A stretch of 64,000 nucleotides of DNA. It comes from a virus. Taxonomy: Duplodnaviria > Caudoviricetes. A program made the translations under genes and the position numbers. This document shows, piece by piece, positions 9,525 through 20,184 of this stretch (the first letter of the stretch is position 1; each line of letters opens with the position of its first letter). The notes under the pieces are model-generated. The model was not told where the DNA came from. It did no database searches and saw nothing but the letters and a program-made list of their open reading frames with translations. The stretch covers positions 287 to 64,286 of IMG/VR virus record IMGVR_UViG_3300037067_015318. One strand, given 5' to 3'.

Positions 9525-10244
9525 GTGTCAGTACTTACACTTACGAAAGTTCCAGATTGTGAGGCTCTCATAGCCGATGACCTCAGGACCTGGTTCGATA
9601 CTGATCAGAAGTTCTCAAATCTCTTTCCGGGTGTGAACCTGAAGATCTCGACAGACCATCCTTTCGTCAATTTGATGCAGCAGTCAGTTCCCGATACTGG
9701 CAAGTATGATACTACTGGGTTCCCCTGCCTCACAGTGATTGATACTAATTTCAATAAGTTGGTAGAGACACCGGTAGCCCCAGAGACAGTCAGATTGCTT
9801 CCATCCCTCATAGATGAAATCAAGGCTGGTGGAAGGAACAAGTTCATTATGTCAAAACAAGCTCTTGCGGAGCTTGAAGCTGCGTTCGAGGGTCAGGAGT
9901 TCCTGAGAGCCGAGGGGTATCAAACACTTCGTCGCACGCAGATTGCCATGGAGATATGGACCACAAATAAGGTTCAGAAGGACAAGACATTCGATTTGGT
10001 ATCGGCATATCTTTTCGGTCCAAATAGGTTCAGTCAGCACACCGACAATGAAGTCATCATAGAGGAGGAGTCGGTGACAGGTGAGAAGTCCGGAATCTAT
10101 AACATGGACTTCGGTGAGATATTATATGGTGGGATGCTCCGGTTTACCTGCGCCTATAGTGTCGGGTATTATATTGTGAGGGAGTTTACTATTGGGCGCG
10201 TGGTAGAGGTACAGGTCCATGGAATGGTAGGAGGAGTTGATTGA
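9525..10244 (+). CDS. Putative tail terminator protein
   Basis: Synteny upstream of the sheath gene. Confidence 0.45.
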   Translation: MSVLTLTKVPDCEALIADDLRTWFDTDQKFSNLFPGVNLKISTDHPFVNLMQQSVPDTGKYDTTGFPCLTVIDTNFNKLVETPVAPETVRLLPSLIDEIKAGGRNKFIMSKQALAELEAAFEGQEFLRAEGYQTLRRTQIAMEIWTTNKVQKDKTFDLVSAYLFGPNRFSQHTDNEVIIEEESVTGEKSGIYNMDFGEILYGGMLRFTCAYSVGYYIVREFTIGRVVEVQVHGMVGGVD

Positions 10245-10543
10245 TGGCAAAGAAACCAGTGAATATTGATGTGGGAATGGTGTCGATACATGATAACACC
10301 ACAGGAACCAACGACGTAGCATTGGGGGCGAACTCACAGCCCAATGCTCACAGTGAGAAGAAAGCAGAGAAAGCGCCAAAGGGCAACCTGCTTGATATTC
10401 AGAAGTACCTTTCACAGAACGTAGATCTGAAGTTGAAGGACATTCAGATTCGAGCGTTCTGTCAGCAATTTCATGGAAGAATCCTCCCTCGTGAAAGGTG
10501 GGAGCAGATTATTCACAAAGAGCTCACACGTAAGGTGAGATGA
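10241..10543 (+). CDS. Small hypothetical protein
   Basis: ORF between neck and sheath genes. Confidence 0.5.
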   Translation: MMAKKPVNIDVGMVSIHDNTTGTNDVALGANSQPNAHSEKKAEKAPKGNLLDIQKYLSQNVDLKLKDIQIRAFCQQFHGRILPRERWEQIIHKELTRKVR

Positions 10544-10556
10544 AGGAGGGAATGAA

Positions 10557-12272
10557 ATGGGAGTGAAAGCTGCCGTATTTCAGAGTGGGGGACAAGCCTC
10601 ACAGCACTTTATCCCGGGAGCCTATTCCCGGATAGATTTCCAGAGGTCCGCTGGGGGTCTTTCGAGTATCAACAACGCGGTTATCATGGGGGATAGCCGT
10701 GGAGGACAGCCCAACGAGCTACTCTGGTTCAGCTCACCGTCCGAAGCTGAGGCCGTACTTAGGAGTGGGCCGTTGCTGGATGCTATCAAACATGCATTCA
10801 GTCCGGGGGGTGGGTACGTACCACAGAGGATCTCAGCCCTTCGGGTCAATCCTGGGGCACAGGCTTCGAAGAACTTCCTCAAGACGGCTGACGCGGTCAT
10901 CATCGCTAAAGCCTGGGACTGGGGGCTCCATGGAAACCAGGTAAAGGTGAAACTGGAGAATGGAACCAGTAGCGGGAAGAAGCTCACCATCCAGTTCATG
11001 TCCGAGACTGCATATGTCGTGGATAACATCGGGAAGTCATCGTTCTCTATCGACTACACAGGGGCGGAAGTTTCCTGTACGATGACGATTACCTCGACGT
11101 CACTCACCACGACCACGGCTACCCACACGCAAGAGCTTGACATCACGCTCGCGAATTTCCCGACAGTGCAGGACTTGGTGAACTACATCAACGACCAAGC
11201 GGGATATTCTTGTTCGGTTCTGAGTCTTACTCCCTCAACGGATCTTTCGACGGAGTTGGATTGGGTTACGGCTGTTAACATCAACGATGCCAGTCCCTAT
11301 GCGGCATATTCCAACGTGTCAGCGCTGATTGAGGCCATGGAGGATTGCCCGTGGATCTACTCCGCGGAGTACAATGTCACCGCGAGTGGACGTGTACTTC
11401 CTGACAATATTGCCACGTGGGCGTACTTCACCGGAGGTACCGACGGAACATACACTACGTCAGAATGGACTGACAGCCTCGAGTATCTCGAAACTCAGGA
11501 TATTCAGTTCATTGGAGCATCGTCAAGCGATGCAGGGGTTCACGCCCTAATCAGTGCCCATGTCGATAGCATGAACTCAGTGACGGGAAGATCGGAAAGA
11601 CAAGCCATCCTGGGTGGAGCTTCCGGTGAAACCGTAGCACAGGTTATCGCCCGTGCGGAGGCTCTGAACTCGATGGCTGTGATGCTTGTATACCCTGAGT
11701 TCCAGGATTGGAACGCACAGAATACTGCGGTTGTTTGGTGGGGACCCGCTTACTACGCTGCCAAGCTCATCGGGTTGACCACGTGCCTTCCTCTCAACGA
11801 ACCCCTTACCAACAAGGTGATGTCAGTCCTGAACTTCAAGACTCTTACGAATTCCGAGTTGGAGCAGTTGATTCAAGGAGGAGTATGTGCCGGGTACAAG
11901 AACCCGTTAGGGCTCTTCGTCAACGTACGGCAGGTGACTACCTACCAGGGATCAGAACTTCAGAAGTGCGAGTTCTCGATGGTCCGTGAGGCACTGTACG
12001 TCGTGAGGGATCTCAGGAACAACGTGGAACAGACGTTTGTTGGAAGGGCGATGACGAACAGCCTCCTGACGGATATCGACGCCACGGTCAACCTCAAGTT
12101 GGCCCAGTACGCTGCATTAGGGCTTTTCAATGGGGATCCTCTCTATTGGGGATATCTCAGAAGGGTCAATGGTGACCAGATCATCATTGAATTCAATTGT
12201 CATCTGACGCCGCCTACCAACTTCATTTTCATCACGTCGCATATGGCGGTGTATGCGTCGGTAGCGGCATAA
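10557..12272 (+). CDS. Tail sheath protein
   Basis: 571 aa; N-terminal PGAYSRID, FTGGTDG, C-terminal sheath-like domain. Confidence 0.9.
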   Translation: MGVKAAVFQSGGQASQHFIPGAYSRIDFQRSAGGLSSINNAVIMGDSRGGQPNELLWFSSPSEAEAVLRSGPLLDAIKHAFSPGGGYVPQRISALRVNPGAQASKNFLKTADAVIIAKAWDWGLHGNQVKVKLENGTSSGKKLTIQFMSETAYVVDNIGKSSFSIDYTGAEVSCTMTITSTSLTTTTATHTQELDITLANFPTVQDLVNYINDQAGYSCSVLSLTPSTDLSTELDWVTAVNINDASPYAAYSNVSALIEAMEDCPWIYSAEYNVTASGRVLPDNIATWAYFTGGTDGTYTTSEWTDSLEYLETQDIQFIGASSSDAGVHALISAHVDSMNSVTGRSERQAILGGASGETVAQVIARAEALNSMAVMLVYPEFQDWNAQNTAVVWWGPAYYAAKLIGLTTCLPLNEPLTNKVMSVLNFKTLTNSELEQLIQGGVCAGYKNPLGLFVNVRQVTTYQGSELQKCEFSMVREALYVVRDLRNNVEQTFVGRAMTNSLLTDIDATVNLKLAQYAALGLFNGDPLYWGYLRRVNGDQIIIEFNCHLTPPTNFIFITSHMAVYASVAA

Positions 12273-12284
12273 GGGAGGTGAGAT

Positions 12285-12749
12285 ATGGCGCAGAAATTGA
12301 TCTCCGGTGGTGCATGGGTTCAGGTGAGGGTACTCGATGAGGACTCACAGTGGAAGGCCATTGGGCTCGCTTCGGGATGTTCCTATGATGAGGATTGGGC
12401 GATACAGCCAGCCAATGTTCTCAATCATCTTGGTCCTATCTCGTACGATTCTCAGGGGTATTCGTGTAGTATCACGATCAATACCTTCGTTCCTGAGAAC
12501 CCTGCATCGCTCAGCATTCTCCCCGATGGTGGAGAAATCACGATAACGGATCTTCTTCCTACTCGGGACCAGGTCCAGATAGACGGGAAGGGAAAGCAGT
12601 TCGGTGGACTTCAGTTCGTCAATACTGCTACCCAGGAAACCCTTCACGAATTCGCGGATGTCATCATCGCTTCCAACGGCGAGCAGGTCGCGCCCAACAG
12701 CTACGTGACTGCGAACATTCGTATGAACGCTGTGAAACGGACGAAGTAA
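12285..12749 (+). CDS. Tail tube protein
   Basis: 154 aa directly after the sheath gene. Confidence 0.8.
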   Translation: MAQKLISGGAWVQVRVLDEDSQWKAIGLASGCSYDEDWAIQPANVLNHLGPISYDSQGYSCSITINTFVPENPASLSILPDGGEITITDLLPTRDQVQIDGKGKQFGGLQFVNTATQETLHEFADVIIASNGEQVAPNSYVTANIRMNAVKRTK

Positions 12750-12756
12750 GTTCAAC

Positions 12757-12785
12757 CGGCTCCTAGAAATGGGAGCCGGGTTTCA
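12757..12785 (+). terminator. Intrinsic terminator after the tube gene
   Basis: CCGGCTCC-loop-GGAGCCGG then GTTTCATT. Confidence 0.6.
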
Positions 12786-12803
12786 TTCCAAAGGAGGACA
12801 AGG

Positions 12804-13334
12804 ATGAACAAAGCAGCAAAAGCCTTACAGGATCAGGAGAAGAATTCCAAGAGCAGCACTCCTACCATGGAGATGACTGACACCATGAGAAAGCTTCTGA
12901 ATGGAGAGGACATACTCGAGTCGATCGAAACTCAGCACGGTGTCTTCGTCATCAAGTTTCCCCGCCCGAGGGTTCTCAGGCAGATCCAGATGTTACTGTC
13001 ACAGAGGTTCGTGGGTGTAGACCTCAGCAAGCTTCCTGACAAGAATATCAGATTCCATGAAATCTATGCCACGTTGGACGTGGTCGTAGTACGTGCTCCC
13101 CAGTGGTGGGATGACCTGGACTCCTCAGAGGATTGTCCTGATGATAATCTCGTCATGACTCTCTACAGGAGGTATCTTCGGTTTTACAATCGAGTACAAC
13201 AGGAGATTTCTGGAACTGGAGAGAAACCTGGAGAACACGATCAAGTCGGCACCGGCGGATCTGAAAAAGCGGATGTGGGTGATGGACCATTTTCGGGTGT
13301 TACCTTCGGATCAAAGGTATCAGGAACTCCTTGA
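12804..13334 (+). CDS. Tail assembly chaperone
   Basis: Lies between tube and tape measure genes. Confidence 0.7.
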   Translation: MNKAAKALQDQEKNSKSSTPTMEMTDTMRKLLNGEDILESIETQHGVFVIKFPRPRVLRQIQMLLSQRFVGVDLSKLPDKNIRFHEIYATLDVVVVRAPQWWDDLDSSEDCPDDNLVMTLYRRYLRFYNRVQQEISGTGEKPGEHDQVGTGGSEKADVGDGPFSGVTFGSKVSGTP

Positions 13335-13533
13335 TGAAGAGATAAACATCTTGTTTCTGTATCATGTCATCCGTCCTACAGAGGAGCAGCTAAAGGAGTT
13401 TTACAGACAGGAGAGCGCGGCTGAAGTTGCTCAGAAGGAACTCCCAGTTGATTTGCTGAAAGGGCATGGATGGACCGCCGAACAGATCGCGCGGATCAAG
13501 GAAGATATTCCACTTTCAATAAAAGGACAGTAA
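13273..13533 (+). CDS. Second tail assembly chaperone ORF (possible frameshift partner)
   Basis: Overlaps the previous ORF in the +1 frame; HFRVLPSD motif. Confidence 0.6.
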   Translation: MWVMDHFRVLPSDQRYQELLDEEINILFLYHVIRPTEEQLKEFYRQESAAEVAQKELPVDLLKGHGWTAEQIARIKEDIPLSIKGQ

Positions 13534-13537
13534 CAGA

Positions 13538-15931
13538 ATGCCAGGGGAAGTAGTAGGGATTCAAATAGATGTAAGTGAAAACGCATCTACCGCTGGTCCT
13601 CGCGTCGCCGAACAGCTCAGGAGAGTAGGTGAGGCTGGGAAAGATGCGGGAGAAGCCTTACAATCCGCGTTTGACACAACTCGAGCGGAAGCCCAACTCA
13701 CTTCCTTTGCTGACAAGATTGATAAGCTCTATGAAATGAAGTTTGGCCGTGAACGCGAAATGAAACTTCGTTACATGGAGCTTCGGAACCAGCAGATGGA
13801 ACAACGGCTTGTCCCAAAGTCTGGTACCCCGGAGGAAAATGCACTAAATCGTATCGGTGTCGATCGGGCGTTGATGACTACATCACGAGCAGGCAGTACC
13901 ATAGCACAGATAGGGCACACAGGCCAAGCAGTACAGCCTGCTGCGTCGATACTGGAAACGATTACAGGAGCTGTGTCAAAAGCAGGGCCCGTAGGAGCTA
14001 CAATCGCCGCTGTTGGTTCAATGGTGGCGGTTGGTGCTGTGATTACAGATCAACTTGTACGAACCTACGAACCGTTCATCTCCCAGCTCATGGATACTAC
14101 CGCAGCATTCGGGGATTTGAAGAATACGACTACGGAGAACTCCCTTGCCTTTCGGGAAAGCCTCAGGCAGGCCGGAGAATCCGCCTCACAGTTTGGGTAC
14201 TCCCTCGAGGTTGGAGTAGACATTCTCAACCAGCTTGCTAAGGGTGGCCTCGGGAGAGGTGCAGCTGTCGCTTCAGAAACACAGCTGTTAGCATATGCTC
14301 GTGGGTACGGCGTTTCCCCTGGTAACTTAGTAGGAGCGCAGATACTCGCACAGCGGTACGGACAGGGAAATGTCCTGGGCTTGGCTGCTGGAGGAACAGC
14401 ATTTCAGGGAATGGGATCGGGCCGGTACGAGGAATATCTGAATGCAATGACCTCCATATTTGAAGAGGCTATTGGTAAGGGTGTTTCCCGTGGATTTGAG
14501 GACATTTCAGGTACTTTGAACTTCTTCGGGCGCTTGGGCCCAATGTGGCAGGGGCAAGTTGGTGCTCAGAAAATAGGGACATTGAATCAAGCGGTCTCAG
14601 GGGCTACTGGTCTTCAGTCTGAAACAGACGTTCTCCTGTACCGAGCTGCCAAACAACAAGCACAAGGGGCAGGCAGTTACATCGATGTAATGATGGAACT
14701 TGAGAAAGGTGTGACTGTAGGGCTGTTCCAGAACGTGTACGAGCAAATCAAGCAGATGACTGGAGGATCAAAGACGGACATGGTGGAGCTTCTCCGCCAG
14801 ACGTTTGGTATCAACTACTCAATGGCTAGTCAGTTGTATGAGGCAGGGCTTCCCGGAACGGGTGCTGACCTTGATAAACTGATAGCACAACTTCCTCCGC
14901 CTTCTGCTGAATCAGATGAAATGCAACTTGTTCGTGCCGAGAACGAACTGAAACTCGCCATTATAGAAGCAGGTGAGTCCCTCCTTGGTGCTAAGGTGGA
15001 CTTGGTCAATTCAGCAAATGACGTTGTCAAGTGGCTCTCAGCTGTTGCCGGTACGTCATATACGGCACAGGTGCAGAAAGCTGAAGATAAGAAGGTGGAA
15101 CTGGCTGCAAGTGAGTTTGCCCAGGATTACTACGATAAGTTCCTTGAGTGGGTACAGGGAGCTTCTGCAACCTCTGGGGGAAGTACGTTACTCGATCTCC
15201 TTGGAAGCGTCGGAGTTACTGGGGCCACTGGTGCAATGTCTCGAATGATGGACCCTCAGTATATTACTCGTTCAGGAATGAGCGAGGCCCAGTATCTGCT
15301 TCAACAACAGGCGATGATGGGGCTGGTTGGGGGCATAGGTGGACTGAACGAATCCCAGATGGCCCTTCTCGCGGGGAAGTCCTCACAGGTCCGAGGAGCT
15401 GTATCCGGGATTGGTAACAAAGACTGGACACTCCAACCTGAAGAGATGCTCGATTTCTACAATCAGTTCAAGCCCATTCTTGACGAGGTTGTAAAAGAAT
15501 CAATACAGATGACTTCGGCAATGTACTCTACAGGGCGGGTTGGAACCATTGAAGCACTTTCCAAGTACACAGAATTGCAGCCTGGAGAGAGTTCTTACTC
15601 ATTGCAAGCTGGTGGTAGATATGGTTTAGAGAGTATTCTGGCGGGTCTTCAGAAATTGCAAGCTCCGAGGGCTACAGGATTCTTTGGGATTGGTGGTGAG
15701 TCCGAACAAGCATACAATCAGCGCATGGAGAAAGCAAAGAGACTGGAGGATGTACTTACAGGGCTTACGACAGGGCAGCTGGAAGCCCTCATTTCGACAG
15801 GTACACTTGGAACAATGTATTCAAAACAGCAGTTGAGTACAGCCGATGTCGACGCACTGATACAGGCGTTGAGGGAAAACACAGCAGCATTGAACGCACC
15901 TGCAACGGTGATGGTACAAGGGAAGGAGTAG
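13538..15931 (+). CDS. Tape measure protein
   Basis: 797 aa, A/G/Q-rich, helical; synteny. Confidence 0.8.
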   Translation: MPGEVVGIQIDVSENASTAGPRVAEQLRRVGEAGKDAGEALQSAFDTTRAEAQLTSFADKIDKLYEMKFGREREMKLRYMELRNQQMEQRLVPKSGTPEENALNRIGVDRALMTTSRAGSTIAQIGHTGQAVQPAASILETITGAVSKAGPVGATIAAVGSMVAVGAVITDQLVRTYEPFISQLMDTTAAFGDLKNTTTENSLAFRESLRQAGESASQFGYSLEVGVDILNQLAKGGLGRGAAVASETQLLAYARGYGVSPGNLVGAQILAQRYGQGNVLGLAAGGTAFQGMGSGRYEEYLNAMTSIFEEAIGKGVSRGFEDISGTLNFFGRLGPMWQGQVGAQKIGTLNQAVSGATGLQSETDVLLYRAAKQQAQGAGSYIDVMMELEKGVTVGLFQNVYEQIKQMTGGSKTDMVELLRQTFGINYSMASQLYEAGLPGTGADLDKLIAQLPPPSAESDEMQLVRAENELKLAIIEAGESLLGAKVDLVNSANDVVKWLSAVAGTSYTAQVQKAEDKKVELAASEFAQDYYDKFLEWVQGASATSGGSTLLDLLGSVGVTGATGAMSRMMDPQYITRSGMSEAQYLLQQQAMMGLVGGIGGLNESQMALLAGKSSQVRGAVSGIGNKDWTLQPEEMLDFYNQFKPILDEVVKESIQMTSAMYSTGRVGTIEALSKYTELQPGESSYSLQAGGRYGLESILAGLQKLQAPRATGFFGIGGESEQAYNQRMEKAKRLEDVLTGLTTGQLEALISTGTLGTMYSKQQLSTADVDALIQALRENTAALNAPATVMVQGKE

Positions 15932-15932
15932 T

Positions 15933-17351
15933 ATGGGCCTCAGTTCTTATACCAGAACACCAGGATTCAAGATCGAGATTGTCCGTCCTGACTACGAGCA
16001 CGCACAGTCGTACCGGGAGGACAATGTTGTGACATTTGGTGTCAATACCTCGGAAGGTGCTAGCACTGCATGTGTCTCTTACAGATTCAGTGAGGCACTG
16101 TCATCTCCTGAGGGGGCTTTCAGTCTCAGTCTTACCCCCGAACGTGATAGCCAGGGAAGGACGTGGTATGATAAGATTCGGAAACGCGATCTTGTTAGAA
16201 TCGAGGAACACGGGCTTGTAAGGTTCGTAGGGTACGTGACGAACCGACGTTATGCGGCACGAATGGGCGACAAAGGGCCTGAGAGGAATATTATTATTAC
16301 AGGGAACTCAATCGGTGCACTCCTTGTGTACTTTACAATACTTCTCGATATTCACATTCTTTCCTCTACCGCAACGGGTGAAACAGCGCAGATACAGTAC
16401 ATGGAAACGATCGCCGCCAATATCGACAAGAATCAATCATTTGCGGGTATCATACAGAGTATCAAGACAGCCTACTTTCAAGCGATGGAGGCTACTGGGG
16501 GGAACCAGAATCTGGGAGTACGTCACATTATTGATACCTTCTTTGACTTCTCTACAAAGATGTCTTCATCAGTAGTAGCCCAGTACCCAATCGTCGTATC
16601 TGCTTTCCAGACGGGTGAGAATAACCTTTGGGAAACAATACAACAGCTTCTAAATCCTCCTTTTCATGAGCTATTCGGTATGTGGAACCCTACATCCAAG
16701 AAGTACGAACTATGGTTTCGGCAAACACCCTTCGATGCAACGGATTGGGCGAGTCTACCGATAACGAGAATCCCCGACGACCTACCTGCGTTGCTGTTTC
16801 AGGATTATGATATTGGGGATTCAGACGAAGATGTAAAGACTTGGTTTATCTGTACACTTCCTGGATCGGCCATTTCAAGAGAGAAGGCGACGACACTGGA
16901 TTCATACTCACGGTCATCTGTCAAGGATGAAAGCAAGTGGCCTTACTACGGATACAGGCCGATGTATGCTGAGTGTCGGTTCTTCAATCGATCTGAGGAT
17001 AATCAGCAGGAGTTCAGTGGTGCCGAACAATTGATGCACGACCTGTCGCAGAAGCTGAAGGATTGGTACTCCAACAACGCTGATTTCCTAACAGGGACGA
17101 TTACGTGTATGAATGTCCAGAACTCAGACTATTCATCGTATCCACGTATTGGGGAACGTCTCGGATTCCTCGATGGGGAATTCTACATAGAGGGGACCGA
17201 ATCCTCTTGGCAATATGGTGGCCCTATGCTACGGACGCTTCAAATCTCCCGTGGGTATATGTACACGTCGGGTGGAGCGCAGAGGGAGCCTATACCGCAG
17301 GTAGGTCCCAAGATTGGTATACTGGAACAAGAGGAAGTATCTCATGGGTAA
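15933..17351 (+). CDS. Baseplate hub-like protein
   Basis: Follows the tape measure; PRIGERL...FYIEGTESSW C-terminus typical of hub proteins. Confidence 0.6.
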   Translation: MGLSSYTRTPGFKIEIVRPDYEHAQSYREDNVVTFGVNTSEGASTACVSYRFSEALSSPEGAFSLSLTPERDSQGRTWYDKIRKRDLVRIEEHGLVRFVGYVTNRRYAARMGDKGPERNIIITGNSIGALLVYFTILLDIHILSSTATGETAQIQYMETIAANIDKNQSFAGIIQSIKTAYFQAMEATGGNQNLGVRHIIDTFFDFSTKMSSSVVAQYPIVVSAFQTGENNLWETIQQLLNPPFHELFGMWNPTSKKYELWFRQTPFDATDWASLPITRIPDDLPALLFQDYDIGDSDEDVKTWFICTLPGSAISREKATTLDSYSRSSVKDESKWPYYGYRPMYAECRFFNRSEDNQQEFSGAEQLMHDLSQKLKDWYSNNADFLTGTITCMNVQNSDYSSYPRIGERLGFLDGEFYIEGTESSWQYGGPMLRTLQISRGYMYTSGGAQREPIPQVGPKIGILEQEEVSHG

Positions 17352-18093
17352 GATGATGAAATTCGTGTTCTACACACCTCCTAAACCAATCCCACAGAAT
17401 TCTGAAAGGCAAAACAAGGAACGGATGCGAGTTACGTCATTCGGTACTCAAGTACTTCCTTTGATGTGGGCGAAAGTGACGCAGCAAACTGGGATGCAGA
17501 CAGTTGACCTCGAACTGACGAACGGGATGAAAGTACGGAATGTTCCTGTAGCTAGTTCCCGTTGGGTACGAAAGGGGACAACTAATGCAGAAGATGAGGG
17601 AACAGGAAGGAAAGACCTCCCGAGGAAAGGTACGAATGTATTAGTAGCATTTCCTGATGGCGTGATAGATAACGCAACAGTACTCCCTATTTCCAAGTTC
17701 GATGTATTACAGGGTGCACATACGAAGACAATTTTGAAGCAGGATGAACAGAATATTATCATGGATGTTGATGATTACGGGTGGATATACTCTTTCGATA
17801 AGGATACAGGAAAGATCACCTATCAATCTCCTGAGGTGGATTCGGGGAACCGTGTATCCATAACGATGGATGTTGAGGGGAACTCGATTGTACTTCAGCA
17901 TCAGTATAGTACTACTTCCACGGACAAGAATGTGATTACAATCAATGATAGTGGGATCTCAATTGTTGATAGCAATGGGAATGAAATCACCCTCAATAAT
18001 ACAGGGCTTGACATCACTGATAAGAACGGCAATACTATTGAAAGTACAGCTACAAGCCTAATAGTGAATGGAAACTTGGAGGTACTACAGTGA
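17344..18093 (+). CDS. Baseplate central spike-like protein
   Basis: N-terminal OB-fold-like region (PRKGTNVLVAF); C-terminal ITI-D-NGN beta repeats. Confidence 0.6.
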   Translation: MGKMMKFVFYTPPKPIPQNSERQNKERMRVTSFGTQVLPLMWAKVTQQTGMQTVDLELTNGMKVRNVPVASSRWVRKGTTNAEDEGTGRKDLPRKGTNVLVAFPDGVIDNATVLPISKFDVLQGAHTKTILKQDEQNIIMDVDDYGWIYSFDKDTGKITYQSPEVDSGNRVSITMDVEGNSIVLQHQYSTTSTDKNVITINDSGISIVDSNGNEITLNNTGLDITDKNGNTIESTATSLIVNGNLEVLQ

Positions 18094-18482
18094 AGGACGT
18101 GGCAGTTTCCGGGTACGGCCGAGGGATTGTTACTATAGTGGGTGTATCTCCTCAGGGCACTGTAGCAGATGTTAGTCTACCCTCAACGAAGGTTTTGGCT
18201 GAGGGTAGCGGTGTGTTACTTGACGGACATCAGATACAGGTATCCGGGATTACTGATCCTGGAGCTGGTGCTACGATACCTGATCCTGGTCCTTATACTA
18301 CGTCTTTTGCTGCTGTTGCTACGAAGACGAAGATATCTGGGAGTGTTGTTCTCCGGGTGGATGATGAAACAGGGATCGTGAATGCTACGCCACAAATCCC
18401 CGGCTCTCCTCCGGTTCCTTTTCCGGTGTCGTTCAAGTTCAAGATCACCTCAGGTGGGCAAGTAAAGGTGAGGGCAAGGTAG
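18090..18482 (+). CDS. Putative spike tip protein
   Basis: Small beta-rich ORF after the spike; VLLDG and VLRVDD motifs. Confidence 0.45.
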   Translation: MKDVAVSGYGRGIVTIVGVSPQGTVADVSLPSTKVLAEGSGVLLDGHQIQVSGITDPGAGATIPDPGPYTTSFAAVATKTKISGSVVLRVDDETGIVNATPQIPGSPPVPFPVSFKFKITSGGQVKVRAR

Positions 18483-18486
18483 GCAT

Positions 18487-20184
18487 ATGAATTCGTACCC
18501 CGAGCTTTACCAGAAATCAATTCTCCTCGAGGTCATAAACTTAAGGAATCCAGGAGAGATTGTCTCAGCATTCACACTTACTATCCCCCCAGATCAATTT
18601 GAGGTTGTGCAGTCACAGAGGATTACACGTACGAAGACATTCGGCGGCGTGTTCCAAGATGACTATGGATTGGATACCGCGAAGATATCAATCTCTGGTA
18701 CAACTGGGAACAATGATCTCCGTGCTACGTACATCCCTGGCAAGGGGGGAGCGCTAGAAGAATACAGTGGTAAGGCGGCCATCTACGTACTACGGGACCG
18801 AATTGGAAGGTACAAGAATCTTCTGGCTGGCAAGGGATTTGAAAACTACGAGATGAGATTGTACGATCTTTCCACTCTTCCCAATGCCAGAGGGATGGAA
18901 TCGATACAGAGTACTGCTACCGATGGATGGATTGTTTCTCTTGATGATTTCAAGATCTCCCGTTCTAAGGATCGGCCGTTGTGGTACAGTTATTCCATTG
19001 AGCTCACAGGGATTGCACCACTTCCCCTTGTAAGGCCGAAAGCTCCATCAGTTATGGATCAGCCCCCAGAACCAACAGGAGAATCCTCAATTCAATCGTT
19101 ACAGAGTGAGTTGAATGAGGGCAAGGACCTGATAAAGGTTCCTACTTCGAAAGACTGGCTACAGGATGCAATTTCAACTCTGCGACGCTGTGTCAATGCT
19201 GTAAAGAACGCATACTCTTGGTCGGCCAATTTGATAAATTCTATCGATAATGTTTTTGCAACGATTGATGATCTTGAAAATCTTACTGTAGAGTACATTC
19301 ACGCTTCGGGGAATCTTTTGACATCTGGATTTGGGTTTTACAATAAACTGTTCGAGATCGCCAAGTTCCCGGGGTCCTTGGCAGTGGCAACTGTCGAAGA
19401 GGTGAATGATCTCATGAATGAGATAGAAGACACGATGGAATACACTGCCTCCATCCAGGAAGTCCTTGGAGAGGATTACGATTACGTCGTGCAGGTATGT
19501 GAAGAAACAAAACGCGTCACTGCCAGAATCGCGACGTATGGGAAATCACAACAAGCTGATACGAATATAACTGTTGAGGTCAATTCCGAACCTGTCACAA
19601 TATTCGGATCAACCACCAGGATTGCAACAGGAGCAACGACGTTGGAAGGTTTGGCGGCGGAGTACTATGGAGATCCTAGTCTTGCAGCCCTGATTGGTTT
19701 GTTCAATGGTATTACCAATGAAGATATCGAGCTTGGTATGACATTGAGAATTCCACAGATAACGAGGTCAACGCAGATTGAAACTAATCGAATCTACTCA
19801 TGGGACAGGGCTTCGAATTACGGTACAGACATCAGATTCGATCCTGCACAGCACTCCGTAGAATTGGCAATTAGTGAGGCAGGAGACTTCTTGTATATTA
19901 GCGGAAAAGATAATATAATACAGGCAATCAATATGAGACTGAATGAACGCCTTGGGAAGAGACTCCGTCTGTCGGTGTATGGACTCACTGCAGCGTTTGG
20001 CTCTGCTAGATCAAATCTGGCTCCTGTGGGCTATATCGTTACGAATCTGGAGGATACATTGAAACAGGATCCAAGGGTGAAGAGTATTACGAATATCAAA
20101 CTTCTTGGAGATGGAGATAATCTCCAGGTGACATTCAATGTCAGTACCATCGAAGATCAGATCTTGTATGAGGGGGTGATTTGA
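18487..20184 (+). CDS. Multidomain baseplate protein (tube-initiator-like, LysM-like and gp25-like wedge domains)
   Basis: RITRTKTFGG..DDYG N-terminus; TLEGLAAEYYGD...LRIP; C-terminal GKDNIIQAI...QDPRVKSI. Confidence 0.55.
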   Translation: MNSYPELYQKSILLEVINLRNPGEIVSAFTLTIPPDQFEVVQSQRITRTKTFGGVFQDDYGLDTAKISISGTTGNNDLRATYIPGKGGALEEYSGKAAIYVLRDRIGRYKNLLAGKGFENYEMRLYDLSTLPNARGMESIQSTATDGWIVSLDDFKISRSKDRPLWYSYSIELTGIAPLPLVRPKAPSVMDQPPEPTGESSIQSLQSELNEGKDLIKVPTSKDWLQDAISTLRRCVNAVKNAYSWSANLINSIDNVFATIDDLENLTVEYIHASGNLLTSGFGFYNKLFEIAKFPGSLAVATVEEVNDLMNEIEDTMEYTASIQEVLGEDYDYVVQVCEETKRVTARIATYGKSQQADTNITVEVNSEPVTIFGSTTRIATGATTLEGLAAEYYGDPSLAALIGLFNGITNEDIELGMTLRIPQITRSTQIETNRIYSWDRASNYGTDIRFDPAQHSVELAISEAGDFLYISGKDNIIQAINMRLNERLGKRLRLSVYGLTAAFGSARSNLAPVGYIVTNLEDTLKQDPRVKSITNIKLLGDGDNLQVTFNVSTIEDQILYEGVI

